Assembly: GCA_964574595.1 (NCBI GenBank)
Contig: CAZNOF010000005.1
Location: 49,686-113,685 of the forward strand
Length of the DNA stretch: 64,000 bases
Source: an uncultured Pseudomonadales bacterium
GTDB lineage: Bacteria; Patescibacteriota; Microgenomatia; UBA1400; PJMF01
Direction: 5' to 3'
Positions 8,360-19,332 of the stretch are shown here, in pieces. Numbering within the stretch: the stretch's first letter is position 1; every line of letters starts with the position of its first letter. Made by a program: the position numbers and the translations under genes. The notes under the pieces were generated by a model. The model was not told the origin of the DNA, ran no database searches, and was given only the letters and a program-made list of their open reading frames with translations.

Positions 8360-9484
8360 TTATAAAACTTTAATCTCTTCTTGAATAAACAGATCAATAT
8401 CCCCGTCGAGAACGCTTTCAGTGTCACTTGTTTCAACTTCGGTTCGCGTATCTTTCACCAGATGATATGGGTGGAGCACATAGTTCCGAATTTGGTTGCC
8501 CCAACTGGCATTGACGTGTTTGCCTTTAACACGGGCCATTTCTGCGTCAAATCGCTCGGCTTCTCGTAGAGCGAGTTGTGCTTTTAGGAGGGAAAGCGCA
8601 CGTTCTTTATTCTGAGATTGAGATCGTTCTTCACGACACTTGACTACAATGCCAGTGGGAATATGCGTTAACTCCACGGCTGTATTTACTTTATTAACGT
8701 TTTGTCCACCTGCGCCGCCCGCTCGACTGAAATGCCAATCCAAATCATCATCTTTTACTTCAATTTCCGTGTTGTCATTTTCAATCAGGGGCATGACTTC
8801 CACTAAGGCAAAAGATGTTTGGCGCAAATTATCTGCGTTGAAAGGACTTTGACGAACCAGTCGATGCGTGCCACGTTCAAATTTAAGGTAACCGTAGGCA
8901 TATGGGGCTTTTACCTCAAAAGTTGCGGACTTAATTCCCGCGTCCTCACCGCGAGATTCTTCTACGAGTTGTTGTTTCCATTTTTTTCGTTCAAAGTAGC
9001 GTAAGTACATTCGTTGAAGCATGCTTGCCCAATCCATAGCTTCAGTGCCACCTTGGCCTGAATGAATTGCCACAATTGCGCCGTAGCTGTCGTACTTGCC
9101 ACTCAAAAATTGAGCTAATTCTAACTCCTGCAAGGCTTTTTTAAATTGTGAGGCCGTCGAGAGTAGTTCGGATTCAAGGCCGTCGACATCTTCATTTGCC
9201 TCGGTGGAAGTAGCGGCGTTTTCCTCACCAGTAATCAACTCCTGCAAGGCGAGCACATCAGCTTGAAGTGACTGAACTGACTCAATTTGGTCAATTTTAC
9301 TTTTCAGCAGTGACATTTGTTGCATTGTTTGTTGGGCGTCAGGAGAGCCCCAAAAATCAGGTGAGAGGGTTTTTTGCTCGATTTCTTGATGTTGCTGACG
9401 GAGTTCAGATAAACCCGCTGTTTCTAGAAGTCTTTTGGCTTTTTCAAGGAGGTCGTTGACTATTTCGGCAGTTTGTTGGGTCAT
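8360..9484 (-). CDS. prfB: Peptide chain release factor 2, encoded in a single uninterrupted frame
   Basis: GGQ motif ([11 protein letters not shown]) and the RF2-specific SPF tripeptide (RQSPFNADN). The ORF is full length at 374 aa with no programmed +1 frameshift site. Confidence 0.85.
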   Translation of the reverse strand: MTQQTAEIVNDLLEKAKRLLETAGLSELRQQHQEIEQKTLSPDFWGSPDAQQTMQQMSLLKSKIDQIESVQSLQADVLALQELITGEENAATSTEANEDVDGLESELLSTASQFKKALQELELAQFLSGKYDSYGAIVAIHSGQGGTEAMDWASMLQRMYLRYFERKKWKQQLVEESRGEDAGIKSATFEVKAPYAYGYLKFERGTHRLVRQSPFNADNLRQTSFALVEVMPLIENDNTEIEVKDDDLDWHFSRAGGAGGQNVNKVNTAVELTHIPTGIVVKCREERSQSQNKERALSLLKAQLALREAERFDAEMARVKGKHVNASWGNQIRNYVLHPYHLVKDTRTEVETSDTESVLDGDIDLFIQEEIKVL

Positions 9485-11268
9485 GGTGTGAATTGTATCA
9501 CTTCATCTTGTTCATGAACCAGATTTTTGACTTGATTTCGATACTGAATCGTAAATGGGGTGGGAGGGAGTCCTGATTGTTTTTGCAATATGAGAGTCGG
9601 ATTTAGTTGAAATGAATGCGCTAAACCAAGCTGAATTTGCAAGGTGCTTGTTTTCTCTTCTGTGACTGGAACCAGGAACCCAACCTGTTTTAGTTTCTCT
9701 CCAGCAGCGGTAGTGAGTGTTGATTCGTCCCAGCTAGAAATATTCTTGCCATCTTGAGTGATTTGAATAACGCTGGTGTCGCTGGGGATAAGCAGTCGCT
9801 GATAATTTATGTAGTCATTGTGTGGATTTTCTCGAAGGAGTCCTGCGGAAGGTGTTGCTTCAACTCCTGATAATCGAGTGTTTGGGTTTCGGTTCATAAA
9901 GAAAATTTGCAAATAGAGCTGCTTATCAATAAAGTTTAGATTTACTTGCCGCTGAACGAGCCGATTGGCTTTATTGATCCCAACATTCGACTCAACGAGT
10001 GATAGGTACATGGGAGAAGCAAGCGGGTTTTGATGGACAGTTGTTCCTGTTTGAGGAAACTGTGTAATTTGACCTGCTGCATCAACTGACTGGGTGAACT
10101 GTTGCAATGAATGTTGGTGAAAAAATAACTGGATACTTTTCTCTTCAACTTCCTTCACTACCGTTTGAGCTAACTGCAATTGTTGAGACGCACTTATCGA
10201 CTCCAAACTGAGGCGGAGTTGAGTACTTAACGAACGCAAGAAGTTTTTCTTTTGTTTTGAACCAGGAAAATATTCTGCTCGATCAGCTCGTGCCATTTGA
10301 GAAACATTTTGTGCAGTAACGGCTTGAGGATAGTCAGGCAAATTGATTGGACCAGTGATCTTAAGGAGATCTTCCACTACAGATAAGTTAATGGCAACTA
10401 ATCCATCCACATTCTGAACTTTTGCCAAGGCAAAATATTGGAGTAAGTCTTGAGCTGATGAAGGGAAATCGGGATTCCAGTTGGCATTGGGCAATCTCAA
10501 CCCATGTCCGCCGCTAAGATACTCCTTCACACCTGGGGGAGCTTCAAACTCGGTGGTGATTTGACCATCGGCATCAAAAATATCGTAAAACTGAATTGGG
10601 GCAACTGCCCCATTTGAGATATCAACTACCGCATATGAGCCAATGAAACCACCAGTGGCTCTGAGCTCTTCTGAATTTTGGAAGACCAGGATAATACGAT
10701 GATCGCCATGTAAAAACTCAGTCAGAACATTTTCAAATATCGGAATTTTTTTTGACAAAATATCTGTATGCTCAAGCTGCATTTGAACGGTGGTTGGTAG
10801 TTTTGGTTGAATCAGTTTTTGAAAGAGGAGACTTTTTTGACTTACTTTGATTGTCTTTAGAAACACCGCATCAAATTGGCGAAGATTCGTCAGAAACAAA
10901 CCGCTTTGCTGGGCAGCCTGTTCGTTATTTTGCAGAGCCAGCTTAAAGTAATCGTGAGCCGATGATTGAAGTGATGTGGCTAGCGGAATGAGCTGGAGCG
11001 AGTTTTTCCAAAGCTCTATTTCAGGTGATACGTGAAAGGTGGCCGCTGCAATTGCATTTGCCACCGGACTGACGAGCTGGGCAGTATTTGCTGCTCGGGA
11101 AAGCTGTCGATTCTGAAGTGAATGAATAACTAATGCAGTCCCACCAATAGCCCAGATAGTAACTCCCATCAAGACGAGCAAAACTGCTATGACCACCGTT
11201 TTAGGTTTGACAGAAAAATGCCGCTCTTTCGCGACTGGCGCAACTGAATGTTTAATCTGTGACTGCAT
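9481..11268 (-). CDS. Hypothetical large membrane-anchored extracytoplasmic protein (595 aa)
   Basis: An N-terminal TM ([23 protein letters not shown]) is followed by a ~550-aa domain. It overlaps prfB as ATGA. No family was recognised. Confidence 0.5.
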   Translation of the reverse strand: MQSQIKHSVAPVAKERHFSVKPKTVVIAVLLVLMGVTIWAIGGTALVIHSLQNRQLSRAANTAQLVSPVANAIAAATFHVSPEIELWKNSLQLIPLATSLQSSAHDYFKLALQNNEQAAQQSGLFLTNLRQFDAVFLKTIKVSQKSLLFQKLIQPKLPTTVQMQLEHTDILSKKIPIFENVLTEFLHGDHRIILVFQNSEELRATGGFIGSYAVVDISNGAVAPIQFYDIFDADGQITTEFEAPPGVKEYLSGGHGLRLPNANWNPDFPSSAQDLLQYFALAKVQNVDGLVAINLSVVEDLLKITGPINLPDYPQAVTAQNVSQMARADRAEYFPGSKQKKNFLRSLSTQLRLSLESISASQQLQLAQTVVKEVEEKSIQLFFHQHSLQQFTQSVDAAGQITQFPQTGTTVHQNPLASPMYLSLVESNVGINKANRLVQRQVNLNFIDKQLYLQIFFMNRNPNTRLSGVEATPSAGLLRENPHNDYINYQRLLIPSDTSVIQITQDGKNISSWDESTLTTAAGEKLKQVGFLVPVTEEKTSTLQIQLGLAHSFQLNPTLILQKQSGLPPTPFTIQYRNQVKNLVHEQDEVIQFTP

Positions 11269-11285
11269 GAAATCGATCTAGCAAG

Positions 11286-12017
11286 TTAGAACGAAATGGA
11301 AACAATTTGGTCGCCAATGACTAAACTTCTGACAACATCCATTCCTTGGGTAACTTTGCCGAAAATTGCGTGTTTGCCATTCAGCCAAGTGGTGTCACCA
11401 AAGGTAATGAAGAATTGACTACCACCCGTATTTGCTTGACCGGTGTTTGCCATGGCCACGATTCCTTCGCCCTCAAACTTCAAACTAGGATCGAACTCAT
11501 CAAGAATTGTGTATCCGGGACCGCCAGTTCCCCATGCATCTTTTTGAGAATCATCTTTGGTTTTTGGATCTCCAACCTGAGCCATGAAATCGGCAATAAT
11601 GCGGTGGAATTTAATTCCGTTATAAAAGTTACTTTTGGCGAGCGTTAAGAAGTTCGTGACGGTCAGAGGTGCTTTGTCTGGATAAAGCTCAATCACAATG
11701 TCACCTTTGTTCGTTTTGATGGTTGCTTGTTTGGCACTAATTGGCTGAAAGTCTTGCAATGTTTTCACTGTATTTTCCTCCGTAGTTACTTGATCTGATT
11801 TTGGGGCTGGTGATTGAATATCTTTTTGAAGTGTATTCGATAAAGACAAATCACCTTGGTTTTGACTACTGTTGTATTGTAATGCATTGTTGGCGGATTG
11901 GCTTTGGCCATTTTGCTGAACCGGTCTCAGCGGTTCAGTCTCAACAATCTTTGGTGCACAGCCAGAGAGGAAGAGAATAGATGCGGCTAGAGTAGAGATA
12001 AGTAAAAATGATTTCAT
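11286..12017 (-). CDS. ppiB: Cyclophilin-type peptidyl-prolyl cis-trans isomerase, lipoprotein
   Basis: Lipobox LFLSGCAP. The cyclophilin core is present (GIKFHRIIADFMAQVGDP; MANTGQANTGGSQFFITF; GKHAIFGKV). Confidence 0.8.
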   Translation of the reverse strand: MKSFLLISTLAASILFLSGCAPKIVETEPLRPVQQNGQSQSANNALQYNSSQNQGDLSLSNTLQKDIQSPAPKSDQVTTEENTVKTLQDFQPISAKQATIKTNKGDIVIELYPDKAPLTVTNFLTLAKSNFYNGIKFHRIIADFMAQVGDPKTKDDSQKDAWGTGGPGYTILDEFDPSLKFEGEGIVAMANTGQANTGGSQFFITFGDTTWLNGKHAIFGKVTQGMDVVRSLVIGDQIVSISF

Positions 12018-12021
12018 AGTC

Positions 12022-13347
12022 TTAAATACCCTCTTTTTTTAACGCATTACGCTGTTTTTGCCAATACTCACTTCTTCTGCATAAGAGCTGCGTGTCTGCT
12101 GAATTTTGCAGCAGCTCTTCAACCACGATTTCTAACAAAATTGTATTTTGGGAACCCTTCACTAGAATCACATCGTTTGAAGAAAGTGCTTTTTTCAGTG
12201 GCTCTGCGACTTCCCATGCATTTGAGAACCACAAATTAACGCGCTTTGTTTTTTTATCAGCTAGGTAGCTAAAACAATATTGCTTAGTAAGTGGTCCAAC
12301 CCAAATCAAAATATCGGCAGTAGTCTCTGCTAGTTCGGCAAGTTGGTGATGAGCAGATTCCGTGGCCGCCCCAAGTTCACGCATATCACCCAACACAACG
12401 ATTTTCTTACCAGAGGTTTTAATGTTCTGCAACATATTCAAAGCAGGTAGCGTTGCTTCAGGCGAAGAGTTGTATGAAGAATCAATAATTGTGGAATTAG
12501 ATACCCCTTTTAGGAGAGACATTCTCCCTGGTGGGAGTGTGAACTGAGTGCTCAGTGTAGAAATCCCAGTTTCTAATGGCACATCGTAACGCAGACCCAC
12601 TAACAGCGCCGCGGCAAAGCCACCAAATGCCGCTCTAGTGTGGAGCTGTTTTGGAAAAGCGAGCAGGTACTCCTTTCCTTCGTAAGAGAAAGTGTATTCG
12701 GTTCCTGTTAATTTGACAGAGTATTTTTTAAGAGTAATTGTGGCAGCAGTTTCTTCGTGAATACTAAACGTTTGTTGTTCAGCACTAATAATTGGGTTAT
12801 TTCTGAGAATTTGTGGGTGGTCTGCGGAGTAAATTGCCAGTCCACTTTTAGGAGCGGCGGTAATCAGTTTTCTTTTTTCATTCGCCACCGATTGCACCAC
12901 GTCTAAGCCTGAAAAATTGGCTCCGTGGACACTGCTTACGTTGAGTAAGACCCCAACTTCTGGTTGGATCATTTCTAATTGGTAAGTCATATTTTTGGGC
13001 GGTTTATCGCTATCGATACCCATTTCTACCACGAAGTATTTATAGGTTGGCCACTTGGTAAGCAAATGCCACTTAGCGAGGAGTAGCGGCTTCAGCCAAT
13101 GAATCCCTTGATAATTCTCAACCGGAATTTCGAGCACTTCAAAAGGAATTCCCGTTTCACTGTTGCCTTTTTTGGTGTATTGAACATCATCCCCATATTT
13201 GGCACGAAGGATAAGATAAGTGGCAAGCACCGCGGACGATTTGCCAGCACTTCCAGTAATTCCAATCATGTGTGGCTGATACTTTGCCAATTGCAATTTG
13301 GTGCAAATTTTGAGAATCGATAAGAAAAAATTTTGAACGAATGTCAT
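12022..13347 (-). CDS. murF: UDP-N-acetylmuramoyl-tripeptide--D-alanyl-D-alanine ligase (Mur ligase family, MurF-like)
   Basis: Mur ligase P-loop IGITGSAGKSS and the C-terminal GDMRELG motif typical of MurF. It lies adjacent to ddl. Confidence 0.7.
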   Translation of the reverse strand: MTFVQNFFLSILKICTKLQLAKYQPHMIGITGSAGKSSAVLATYLILRAKYGDDVQYTKKGNSETGIPFEVLEIPVENYQGIHWLKPLLLAKWHLLTKWPTYKYFVVEMGIDSDKPPKNMTYQLEMIQPEVGVLLNVSSVHGANFSGLDVVQSVANEKRKLITAAPKSGLAIYSADHPQILRNNPIISAEQQTFSIHEETAATITLKKYSVKLTGTEYTFSYEGKEYLLAFPKQLHTRAAFGGFAAALLVGLRYDVPLETGISTLSTQFTLPPGRMSLLKGVSNSTIIDSSYNSSPEATLPALNMLQNIKTSGKKIVVLGDMRELGAATESAHHQLAELAETTADILIWVGPLTKQYCFSYLADKKTKRVNLWFSNAWEVAEPLKKALSSNDVILVKGSQNTILLEIVVEELLQNSADTQLLCRRSEYWQKQRNALKKEGI

Positions 13348-13350
13348 GAC

Positions 13351-14445
13351 TTAGTAAGTATACTTCAATTGCTGTTTGTCATGCCACTTTTGAATCGCTA
13401 AATCCAGTAATCGGCTCGTCAATTCTGTATAAGAAACGCCAGAGTGCTCCCAAAGCTTAGGATATTGACTAATAGAAGTGAAACCAGGCAGGGTATTGAG
13501 TTCATTTAAGAAAAATTTATTGGTGTCTTTTTGATAGAAGAAGTCAACTCGACTCAGACCTGAGCAGTTCAGGACCTGAAAAGTTTTGACAGCCAAGGCT
13601 CTGATTTGATCCGAAATATCGGCTGGAATTTGTGCTGGGATCTCCACTTCAATATCATCAGTAATGTATTTGGTTTCGTAGTCGTAAAATTCTGTATGAG
13701 GAATAATTGCTCCACAGACCGATGCAACTGGTTGCTCATTTCCGAGCACGGCCACCTCAACTTCTTTGATGCCGTTTACGCCTTCTTCAATCAAGACTTT
13801 CAAGTCGTACTGGAGGGCATCTTCAATTGCTGATTCAAGTCCGGAGTTGTCTTTTACTTTAGAAATACCCACGCTTGAACCGAGATTGGCTGGCTTCACA
13901 AAGACTGGGAAGCTGAGTTTTTCAGTGACTTTGGCTAAACATGCCGCCTTGTCTTGCAGCCAGTCGTTTTTTCTGAACCAGACAAATTTTGTTTGGGGAA
14001 TACCTTCATGGTCACAGATCATTTTTTGAACGACTTTATCCATGGCTACTGCTGAGCCCAAGACATTTGAGCCAACGTAGGGCAAGTTCGAAAGTTCTAA
14101 TAAACCTTGCAGTGTGCCGTCTTCACCATTTGTGCCATGAATGATCGGAAAGATGACATCAAAACTGAGATTCTGTAATCCAGCATTTGTTTTGAGGGAA
14201 AGAGTATTGCCTTCATTTTCATTTGGCAATAAAACCTGCACCGTTGGAGCAATCACTTTCTTCCCGTCTGTAATTTCCGCAATGGTGTCTCCATAATGCC
14301 ATCTACCGTCTTGAGTGATCCCTAAAACGTGCGTTTCATACTTATCATGATCAATGTGTTCTTCAATTGATTTCGCTGAACGAACGGAGACTTCATGCTC
14401 TCCCGATTTTCCACCAAAAATAATTAACACATGCTGTTTGCTCAT
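13351..14445 (-). CDS. ddl: D-alanine--D-alanine ligase
   Basis: Ddl N-terminus MSKQHVLIIFGGKSGEHEVSVRSAKSI, the HGTNGEDGTLQGLLEL motif and an ATP-grasp C-terminal part. Confidence 0.85.
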   Translation of the reverse strand: MSKQHVLIIFGGKSGEHEVSVRSAKSIEEHIDHDKYETHVLGITQDGRWHYGDTIAEITDGKKVIAPTVQVLLPNENEGNTLSLKTNAGLQNLSFDVIFPIIHGTNGEDGTLQGLLELSNLPYVGSNVLGSAVAMDKVVQKMICDHEGIPQTKFVWFRKNDWLQDKAACLAKVTEKLSFPVFVKPANLGSSVGISKVKDNSGLESAIEDALQYDLKVLIEEGVNGIKEVEVAVLGNEQPVASVCGAIIPHTEFYDYETKYITDDIEVEIPAQIPADISDQIRALAVKTFQVLNCSGLSRVDFFYQKDTNKFFLNELNTLPGFTSISQYPKLWEHSGVSYTELTSRLLDLAIQKWHDKQQLKYTY

Positions 14446-14457
14446 ACTTCTCCAGTC

Positions 14458-15879
14458 TTATATTTTACCTTTGCGGATAATGTCGTAACGAGTTAAATGT
14501 CTTATGAATATAACCGGAGCATCCTCAGAAAAGAACTGCTGAAACTCTTGATATGTTTCAAATCGTTTCTTTTGATCTTCATTTTGGCGTCCATCCTCTA
14601 GAAGTTTATCAATTCTGGTATTTGAGTAATTAGTAAAGTTGGTTGGCAAGTTTGAGTGCCAAAAGTTGTATTGATCAGGATCGACTGGTGATTCCTCTCC
14701 CACTAACATAGCCTGAAAGTTGTTAGTATCTGGAAAGTTAGTGATTCGAATATCAACGGACATTCGCAAATTTTGACAGTTTGATTTATCTTTTTGTGCG
14801 GTATCTTTCTGACATTGATCGGCTGCTTTATTTCCCAGATCGATCCAACTCTGTTTAATTGTGTTTGCTTCAGCTGCGAAAATTGGGGTAGTGACGAGCT
14901 CAAAATGAATTGGTTGATTAAAGTTTTTTATACCAGAGAGTAATCTTTCCGTAGCACGATCAAGATCGTAATCATATGGCTTCCCAACATTTGAAAATGC
15001 CCAAGAAGTAGGACTAATCGGCCCATACGCTCTGGTGTCATCAGTTGGTTTCCTCACAGCATAATTTAATGCCACTCGGAATTCATTGGTACTTAGAAGA
15101 GGATCGGAGGCGTTAAAAAAGACACCTAAATACGTCTGCTTATCTAGTTTTGGCGTGATTTGCACCGTATTCCAGCCTTCTAGTCCAGCTTTTGAAGACA
15201 AATTCGGCAATATATCAACTTCTCCTCGTTTAAATGCTGAGGCGGCATCATCTTCACTTAAGTAAAAACGGTACGTTTTAATTTGGGTGGGACCGCTTAA
15301 AACTAACTCAGTTAAGCGTTGGCTTTCCTCTTTGTAGTCAATAACCTGATACTTGCCCGTACCAATCAGCTTAGGACGTTTAAAGAAGAAAAGATAACTT
15401 TCAGTGGAAAAGCGAAATAAAGGTTGAGAAACGACAACTGGAAAAGGAGAGTAGTTGTCTTTTAATTTAAAAACAACGTCATTGGTGGTCGTAATGAGTT
15501 GCACATCATTGAAGTTGTAGTTTACGGCACTCGGGACTAGTTCTTTGCCATCTTGCCAGAAAATGTTCTTTTTAATCACAAAGCGGTATGTTTTGCCATC
15601 ATCCTCATTTGCCCATCGTTCGGACAAATCGGGGGTGGCGGTGCCATCCTCAGAAAGTTGAGTTAAACCTGAAGAAATCTCTTTTTGAATTTGAGGCGGC
15701 AAATTGGTGAGTGAGTACTTACCCACGATGCCGATGTAGCTCTTTTGTTTGAACTCAAACGTTCTTAAAAGAAGCGGGAAGGCAAAAGAAAAGAGCAATA
15801 CAGCCGCAATAATCGTCGTTAAGACTAAGATGCCATGTTTGCGAAAAAAAGTCGAGATGTACCAGTAGTATTTAAGCAT
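14458..15879 (-). CDS. Membrane-anchored solute-binding protein family 5-like (peptide/nickel SBP fold), orphan
   Basis: An N-terminal TM is followed by a block matching the SBP_bac_5 signature region (LTQLSEDGTATPDLSERWANEDDGKTYRFVIKKNIFWQDG). No permease or ATPase genes are adjacent. Confidence 0.45.
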   Translation of the reverse strand: MLKYYWYISTFFRKHGILVLTTIIAAVLLFSFAFPLLLRTFEFKQKSYIGIVGKYSLTNLPPQIQKEISSGLTQLSEDGTATPDLSERWANEDDGKTYRFVIKKNIFWQDGKELVPSAVNYNFNDVQLITTTNDVVFKLKDNYSPFPVVVSQPLFRFSTESYLFFFKRPKLIGTGKYQVIDYKEESQRLTELVLSGPTQIKTYRFYLSEDDAASAFKRGEVDILPNLSSKAGLEGWNTVQITPKLDKQTYLGVFFNASDPLLSTNEFRVALNYAVRKPTDDTRAYGPISPTSWAFSNVGKPYDYDLDRATERLLSGIKNFNQPIHFELVTTPIFAAEANTIKQSWIDLGNKAADQCQKDTAQKDKSNCQNLRMSVDIRITNFPDTNNFQAMLVGEESPVDPDQYNFWHSNLPTNFTNYSNTRIDKLLEDGRQNEDQKKRFETYQEFQQFFSEDAPVIFIRHLTRYDIIRKGKI

Positions 15880-15909
15880 CTGAAACCATTATAACGCGGA
15901 ATGCGCTGA

Positions 15910-16131
15910 TTATCTGATGATCAAAAGACCAATTGAGAGCAATGTAAAAATGATGATGCCAAAGATAGTGAATCCAAAGATAACTCTCTCGACTCCACGC
16001 TTGGTGTGGTAGGTTTCACCACCACCAGCCCAGGTAGAACCTAAGCCTGATCCTTGAGCTTGCAACAGAATTGCAACAGTGATCAGCACGCAAATAATAA
16101 TTTGGGCAACGCCTAAAATGGTATGTGTCAT
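15910..16131 (-). CDS. secG: Preprotein translocase subunit SecG
   Basis: A 73-aa protein with two TM segments and a SecG-like LLQAQGSGLGSTWAGGG loop. Confidence 0.7.
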   Translation of the reverse strand: MTHTILGVAQIIICVLITVAILLQAQGSGLGSTWAGGGETYHTKRGVERVIFGFTIFGIIIFTLLSIGLLIIR

Positions 16132-16141
16132 ACACTACTCC

Positions 16142-17755
16142 TTATTTTGCAACTTCAGCTGATCTGGTTTCTCTTTGGACCGTTACTGTGACAGTACCAG
16201 GATACGTCATTTCGTTCTTAATGCGGTCACGAATTTTGAGTGCTAAGACCTGAACGTCATCATCTTTTGATTTCTCAGGAACTAACATGACTCGGACTTC
16301 TCGACCGGCTTGGATAGCGTAAGCGTGATCCACTTCTGGGTAGGAAGTCGCAATTTCTTCAAGTTTCTGCAATCTTTGGACGTACTCATCGTAGTTCTCG
16401 TAACGAGCACCTGGGCGAGCACCTGAGATAGCATCAGCTGCGTAGACAATCATAGACTCTGGACTAGAGAATGGCTCGTCTTCGTGATGTTGAGCAATAC
16501 AGTCAATGACGGCTTGTGGCATGCCATATTTCTTGGCAACTTTAACACCGAGTTCAACGTGACTGCCTTCTTCATCATTACTCACTTTACCAATGTCGTG
16601 TAATAAACAACCTAACTTGACGATATTTGGATCAGCACCAAGCTCGTGAGCTAACTTAATACCAATTTTGGTTTCTTCCAAAGTGTGAGCAATTAAGTTT
16701 TGTCCGTAAGAGAAGCGATATTTGAAGCGGCCTAACATTTGAATCAACTCAGTTGGCATGTTGTAAACGCCTACTGCATGACACAACTTCTTTCCTTCTT
16801 CAAACATGACTTTGTCTAATTCACCACTGACTTTTTTGACAACTTCTTCAATGCGAGAAGGTTGGATACGGCCGTCTTTGACTAATCGCTCTAAGGAAAT
16901 GCGAGCAATCTCACGTCGCACCGCATCAAAACAGGATAAGCGAACTTCAGTTGGGGAGACGTCTAAGTCAACGTCAACACCAGTGATCTTTTCGAAAGCG
17001 TGAATGTTACGACCAGCTTTACCAATAATACGTCCTTTATCTTCTTCAGAAGCTAGTTGAACGGTTGAGACGGTGTACTCGGTGACGTAATCAGTAGCAC
17101 CATGTTTCATGGCATCAACTAAGATTTCGCGTACTTTTTCATCGGCCTGAACCTTGGCTTCTTGTTCTTTTTGACGAATTAAAGTCGCCATTTCTTTGGC
17201 TAACTTTTTCTCTAAACCTTCAAAAAGAGAAGACTTTGCTTCATCTTTGGTCATTCCAGAGATTTGCTCTAATTTTTCGAGGTTTTGTTGTTTAGCTTCT
17301 TCTAAGATTTGGCGTTGTTTCTCTAAATCTTGGCGATTTTTCTCGATTTGACGATCTCGATCATCCATTTGACCTAAGCGAGATTCAATTTTGTCTAATT
17401 TGACGTCAATTGAGCGTTGTTGATCTTCTAGAGAACGACGGACTTCACGAGCTTCTTGCTCGGCACGAGCACGAATTGCTAATGCTTCGTCTTTGGCTTC
17501 AACGATAATTTCTCGAGCACGGGCTTGAGACTCTCGTAAAATGGCTTCTTCTGTTTGAGTTTGTTGAGCCGTTTTGGCCATTGGAGCCATTGGTTTACTT
17601 GGCTTGATTGGCTGTGGCTGTCTTGGGGCAACATTCACCGGGCTGTTTGGTCGAACAGGGGAGACATTAACGTGTGGTTTAGCGGTGGCACCAGGTTTAG
17701 TGGTTCCAGCCTTCTCATTATTAAATAAGGAAGATAGATTCCCGAAAAATGACAT
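16142..17755 (-). CDS. rny: Ribonuclease Y (KH and HD domains) without the usual N-terminal TM anchor
   Basis: KH motif IIGKAGRNIHAFEKITGVDV and HD domain HTLEETKIGIKLAHELGADPNIVKLGCLLHDIGK, preceded by a coiled-coil region. The N-terminal 70 aa are Pro-rich and non-hydrophobic. Confidence 0.85.
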   Translation of the reverse strand: MSFFGNLSSLFNNEKAGTTKPGATAKPHVNVSPVRPNSPVNVAPRQPQPIKPSKPMAPMAKTAQQTQTEEAILRESQARAREIIVEAKDEALAIRARAEQEAREVRRSLEDQQRSIDVKLDKIESRLGQMDDRDRQIEKNRQDLEKQRQILEEAKQQNLEKLEQISGMTKDEAKSSLFEGLEKKLAKEMATLIRQKEQEAKVQADEKVREILVDAMKHGATDYVTEYTVSTVQLASEEDKGRIIGKAGRNIHAFEKITGVDVDLDVSPTEVRLSCFDAVRREIARISLERLVKDGRIQPSRIEEVVKKVSGELDKVMFEEGKKLCHAVGVYNMPTELIQMLGRFKYRFSYGQNLIAHTLEETKIGIKLAHELGADPNIVKLGCLLHDIGKVSNDEEGSHVELGVKVAKKYGMPQAVIDCIAQHHEDEPFSSPESMIVYAADAISGARPGARYENYDEYVQRLQKLEEIATSYPEVDHAYAIQAGREVRVMLVPEKSKDDDVQVLALKIRDRIKNEMTYPGTVTVTVQRETRSAEVAK

Positions 17756-17978
17756 AATACTCCATTCTTATCACCGTTTAAAAATTACAGTGTAATAAAT
17801 TCGAGTACGTCAAAAAAGCAACTTTATGCGGAAAAAAGCCCGGGCTGTGAAAACAAAGCTCGGTATCTTGATTTGTAGATAGTAATTGCTCGATCGTTAA
17901 GTGGATACATATTTATATTACGTACTCGAATGATATGGCCATTCTACTGTTTTTTGCCTCAAAGGTCAATTATAAAAG

Positions 17979-18011
17979 CAAAAACCAGCCGGATGATCAG
18001 ATCTGGCTGGT
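17979..18011 (-). terminator. Rho-independent terminator of recA
   Basis: On the minus strand, a ccagcc/ggctgg stem with a 14-nt loop is followed by a T-run (A-run 17980-17984 on the plus strand). It lies ~25 nt after the recA stop. Confidence 0.5.
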
Positions 18012-18036
18012 TTGCAATTTAATCGAGTAAAAATAT

Positions 18037-19107
18037 CTATTCTTCTACTTGAGCTTCTGCCTCTGCCTTTTTGGCAGTAATTGCTGGTCTCACTTTGTCC
18101 CAGATCAGCTTTTCAATCTCGGCCATAACTTTTGGATTCTCGCGGAAGTAGTCTTTGACGGCTTCACGACCTTGTCCAATTACTTCACCTTTATATTTGA
18201 AGAAACTACCGCTCTTTTCGATAATGCCTTTTTCGACACCAATCTCTACCACATCACCTTCTTTGGAGATGCCGTTTGGACCCATATCGAACTCAGCAAT
18301 CCTGAATGGAGGAGCCATCTTGTTCTTTACAACTTTGACTCGGTGACGACTGCCAACAATTTGGTCACCTTCTTGAATGTTTCCGATCTTTCTGATGTCT
18401 AAACGTTGTGAAGCGTAGAACTTCAAAGCATTTCCACCAGTGGTTGTTTCTGGGTTACCAAACATGACACCGATCTTCATACGTAATTGGTTAGTAAAGA
18501 TGACCAAAGTTTTGGTTTTACTAATTGCGGAAGTCAGCTTACGCATGGCTTGGGACATTAAACGTGCTTGGACACCCATCTGCGCATCACCCATTTCGCC
18601 TTCAATTTCAGATTTTGGTACTAAAGCGGCGACCGAGTCGACGACAATGATGTCTACACCACCAGAGCGAATTAATTTTTCAGCAATTTCTAATGCTTGC
18701 TCACCGTAGTCTGGTTGTGAGATGAACATTTCGTCAATATTGACACCAATGTTTTGAGCTCGGATTGGATCCAACGCATTTTCTACGTCAATGAAAGCGG
18801 CGATGCCACCAGCTTTTTGAACTTCAGCGATTGCGTGCAAACACATGGTTGTTTTACCGGATGCTTCAGGTCCATAAATTTCGACAATTCTGCCTTTAGG
18901 AAAACCACCGATACCCAGTGCCAAGTTGACGGCTAATGAACCGGTGGAGACGGCGGGAATAACTCCCATCATTTGAGAAGCACCCATCTTCATGATGGAG
19001 CCCTTCCCAAAGTCTTTCTCAATTTGCTGAATAGCGATACTGACAGCTTGTTGTCGTCCTGTTTCTAGTTTTGTATCAGGTGCTGGTGCGGCTGCAACTT
19101 TTGGCAT
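18037..19107 (-). CDS. recA: Recombinase RecA
   Basis: Walker [21 protein letters not shown] and RecA-wide similarity. An AGGA RBS sits upstream of the ATG at 19107. Confidence 0.9.
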   Translation of the reverse strand: MPKVAAAPAPDTKLETGRQQAVSIAIQQIEKDFGKGSIMKMGASQMMGVIPAVSTGSLAVNLALGIGGFPKGRIVEIYGPEASGKTTMCLHAIAEVQKAGGIAAFIDVENALDPIRAQNIGVNIDEMFISQPDYGEQALEIAEKLIRSGGVDIIVVDSVAALVPKSEIEGEMGDAQMGVQARLMSQAMRKLTSAISKTKTLVIFTNQLRMKIGVMFGNPETTTGGNALKFYASQRLDIRKIGNIQEGDQIVGSRHRVKVVKNKMAPPFRIAEFDMGPNGISKEGDVVEIGVEKGIIEKSGSFFKYKGEVIGQGREAVKDYFRENPKVMAEIEKLIWDKVRPAITAKKAEAEAQVEE

Positions 19108-19258
19108 AAGATCCTCTTGGGCAGAAATAAATTATAATAAATGATATATTAGGGTTTTGTTCTACTATACTTAAACGCCCTTCTTTCGTATAGAGTAACA
19201 ATTTTGTGTGACAAAAAGTGTAGTAAGAAAGTAAGAAAAAAGAAGTGGCAAAACATAC

Positions 19259-19332
19259 CGGGCTGTAGTTCAGATGGCTAGAATGCGCGCATGGGGTGCG
19301 CGAGGTCGTGGGTTCGAGTCCCGCCAGCCCGA
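19259..19332 (+). tRNA. tRNA-Pro (anticodon GGG)
   Basis: Hand-folded cloverleaf. Acceptor stem cgggctg/cagcccg with C1:G72 and discriminator A73, both bacterial tRNA-Pro hallmarks. D-stem gttc/gaat. Anticodon stem cgcgc/gcgcg with loop a-t-GGG-g-t (G37). T-stem gtggg/cccgc with T-loop ttcgagt. The CCA is not encoded. Confidence 0.85.

Noticed and set aside
8167-8436. 89-aa ORF overlapping the 3' end of prfB and the start region of 7712-8308
   Set aside because: It lies in an alternative frame of two better-supported genes and has no RBS.
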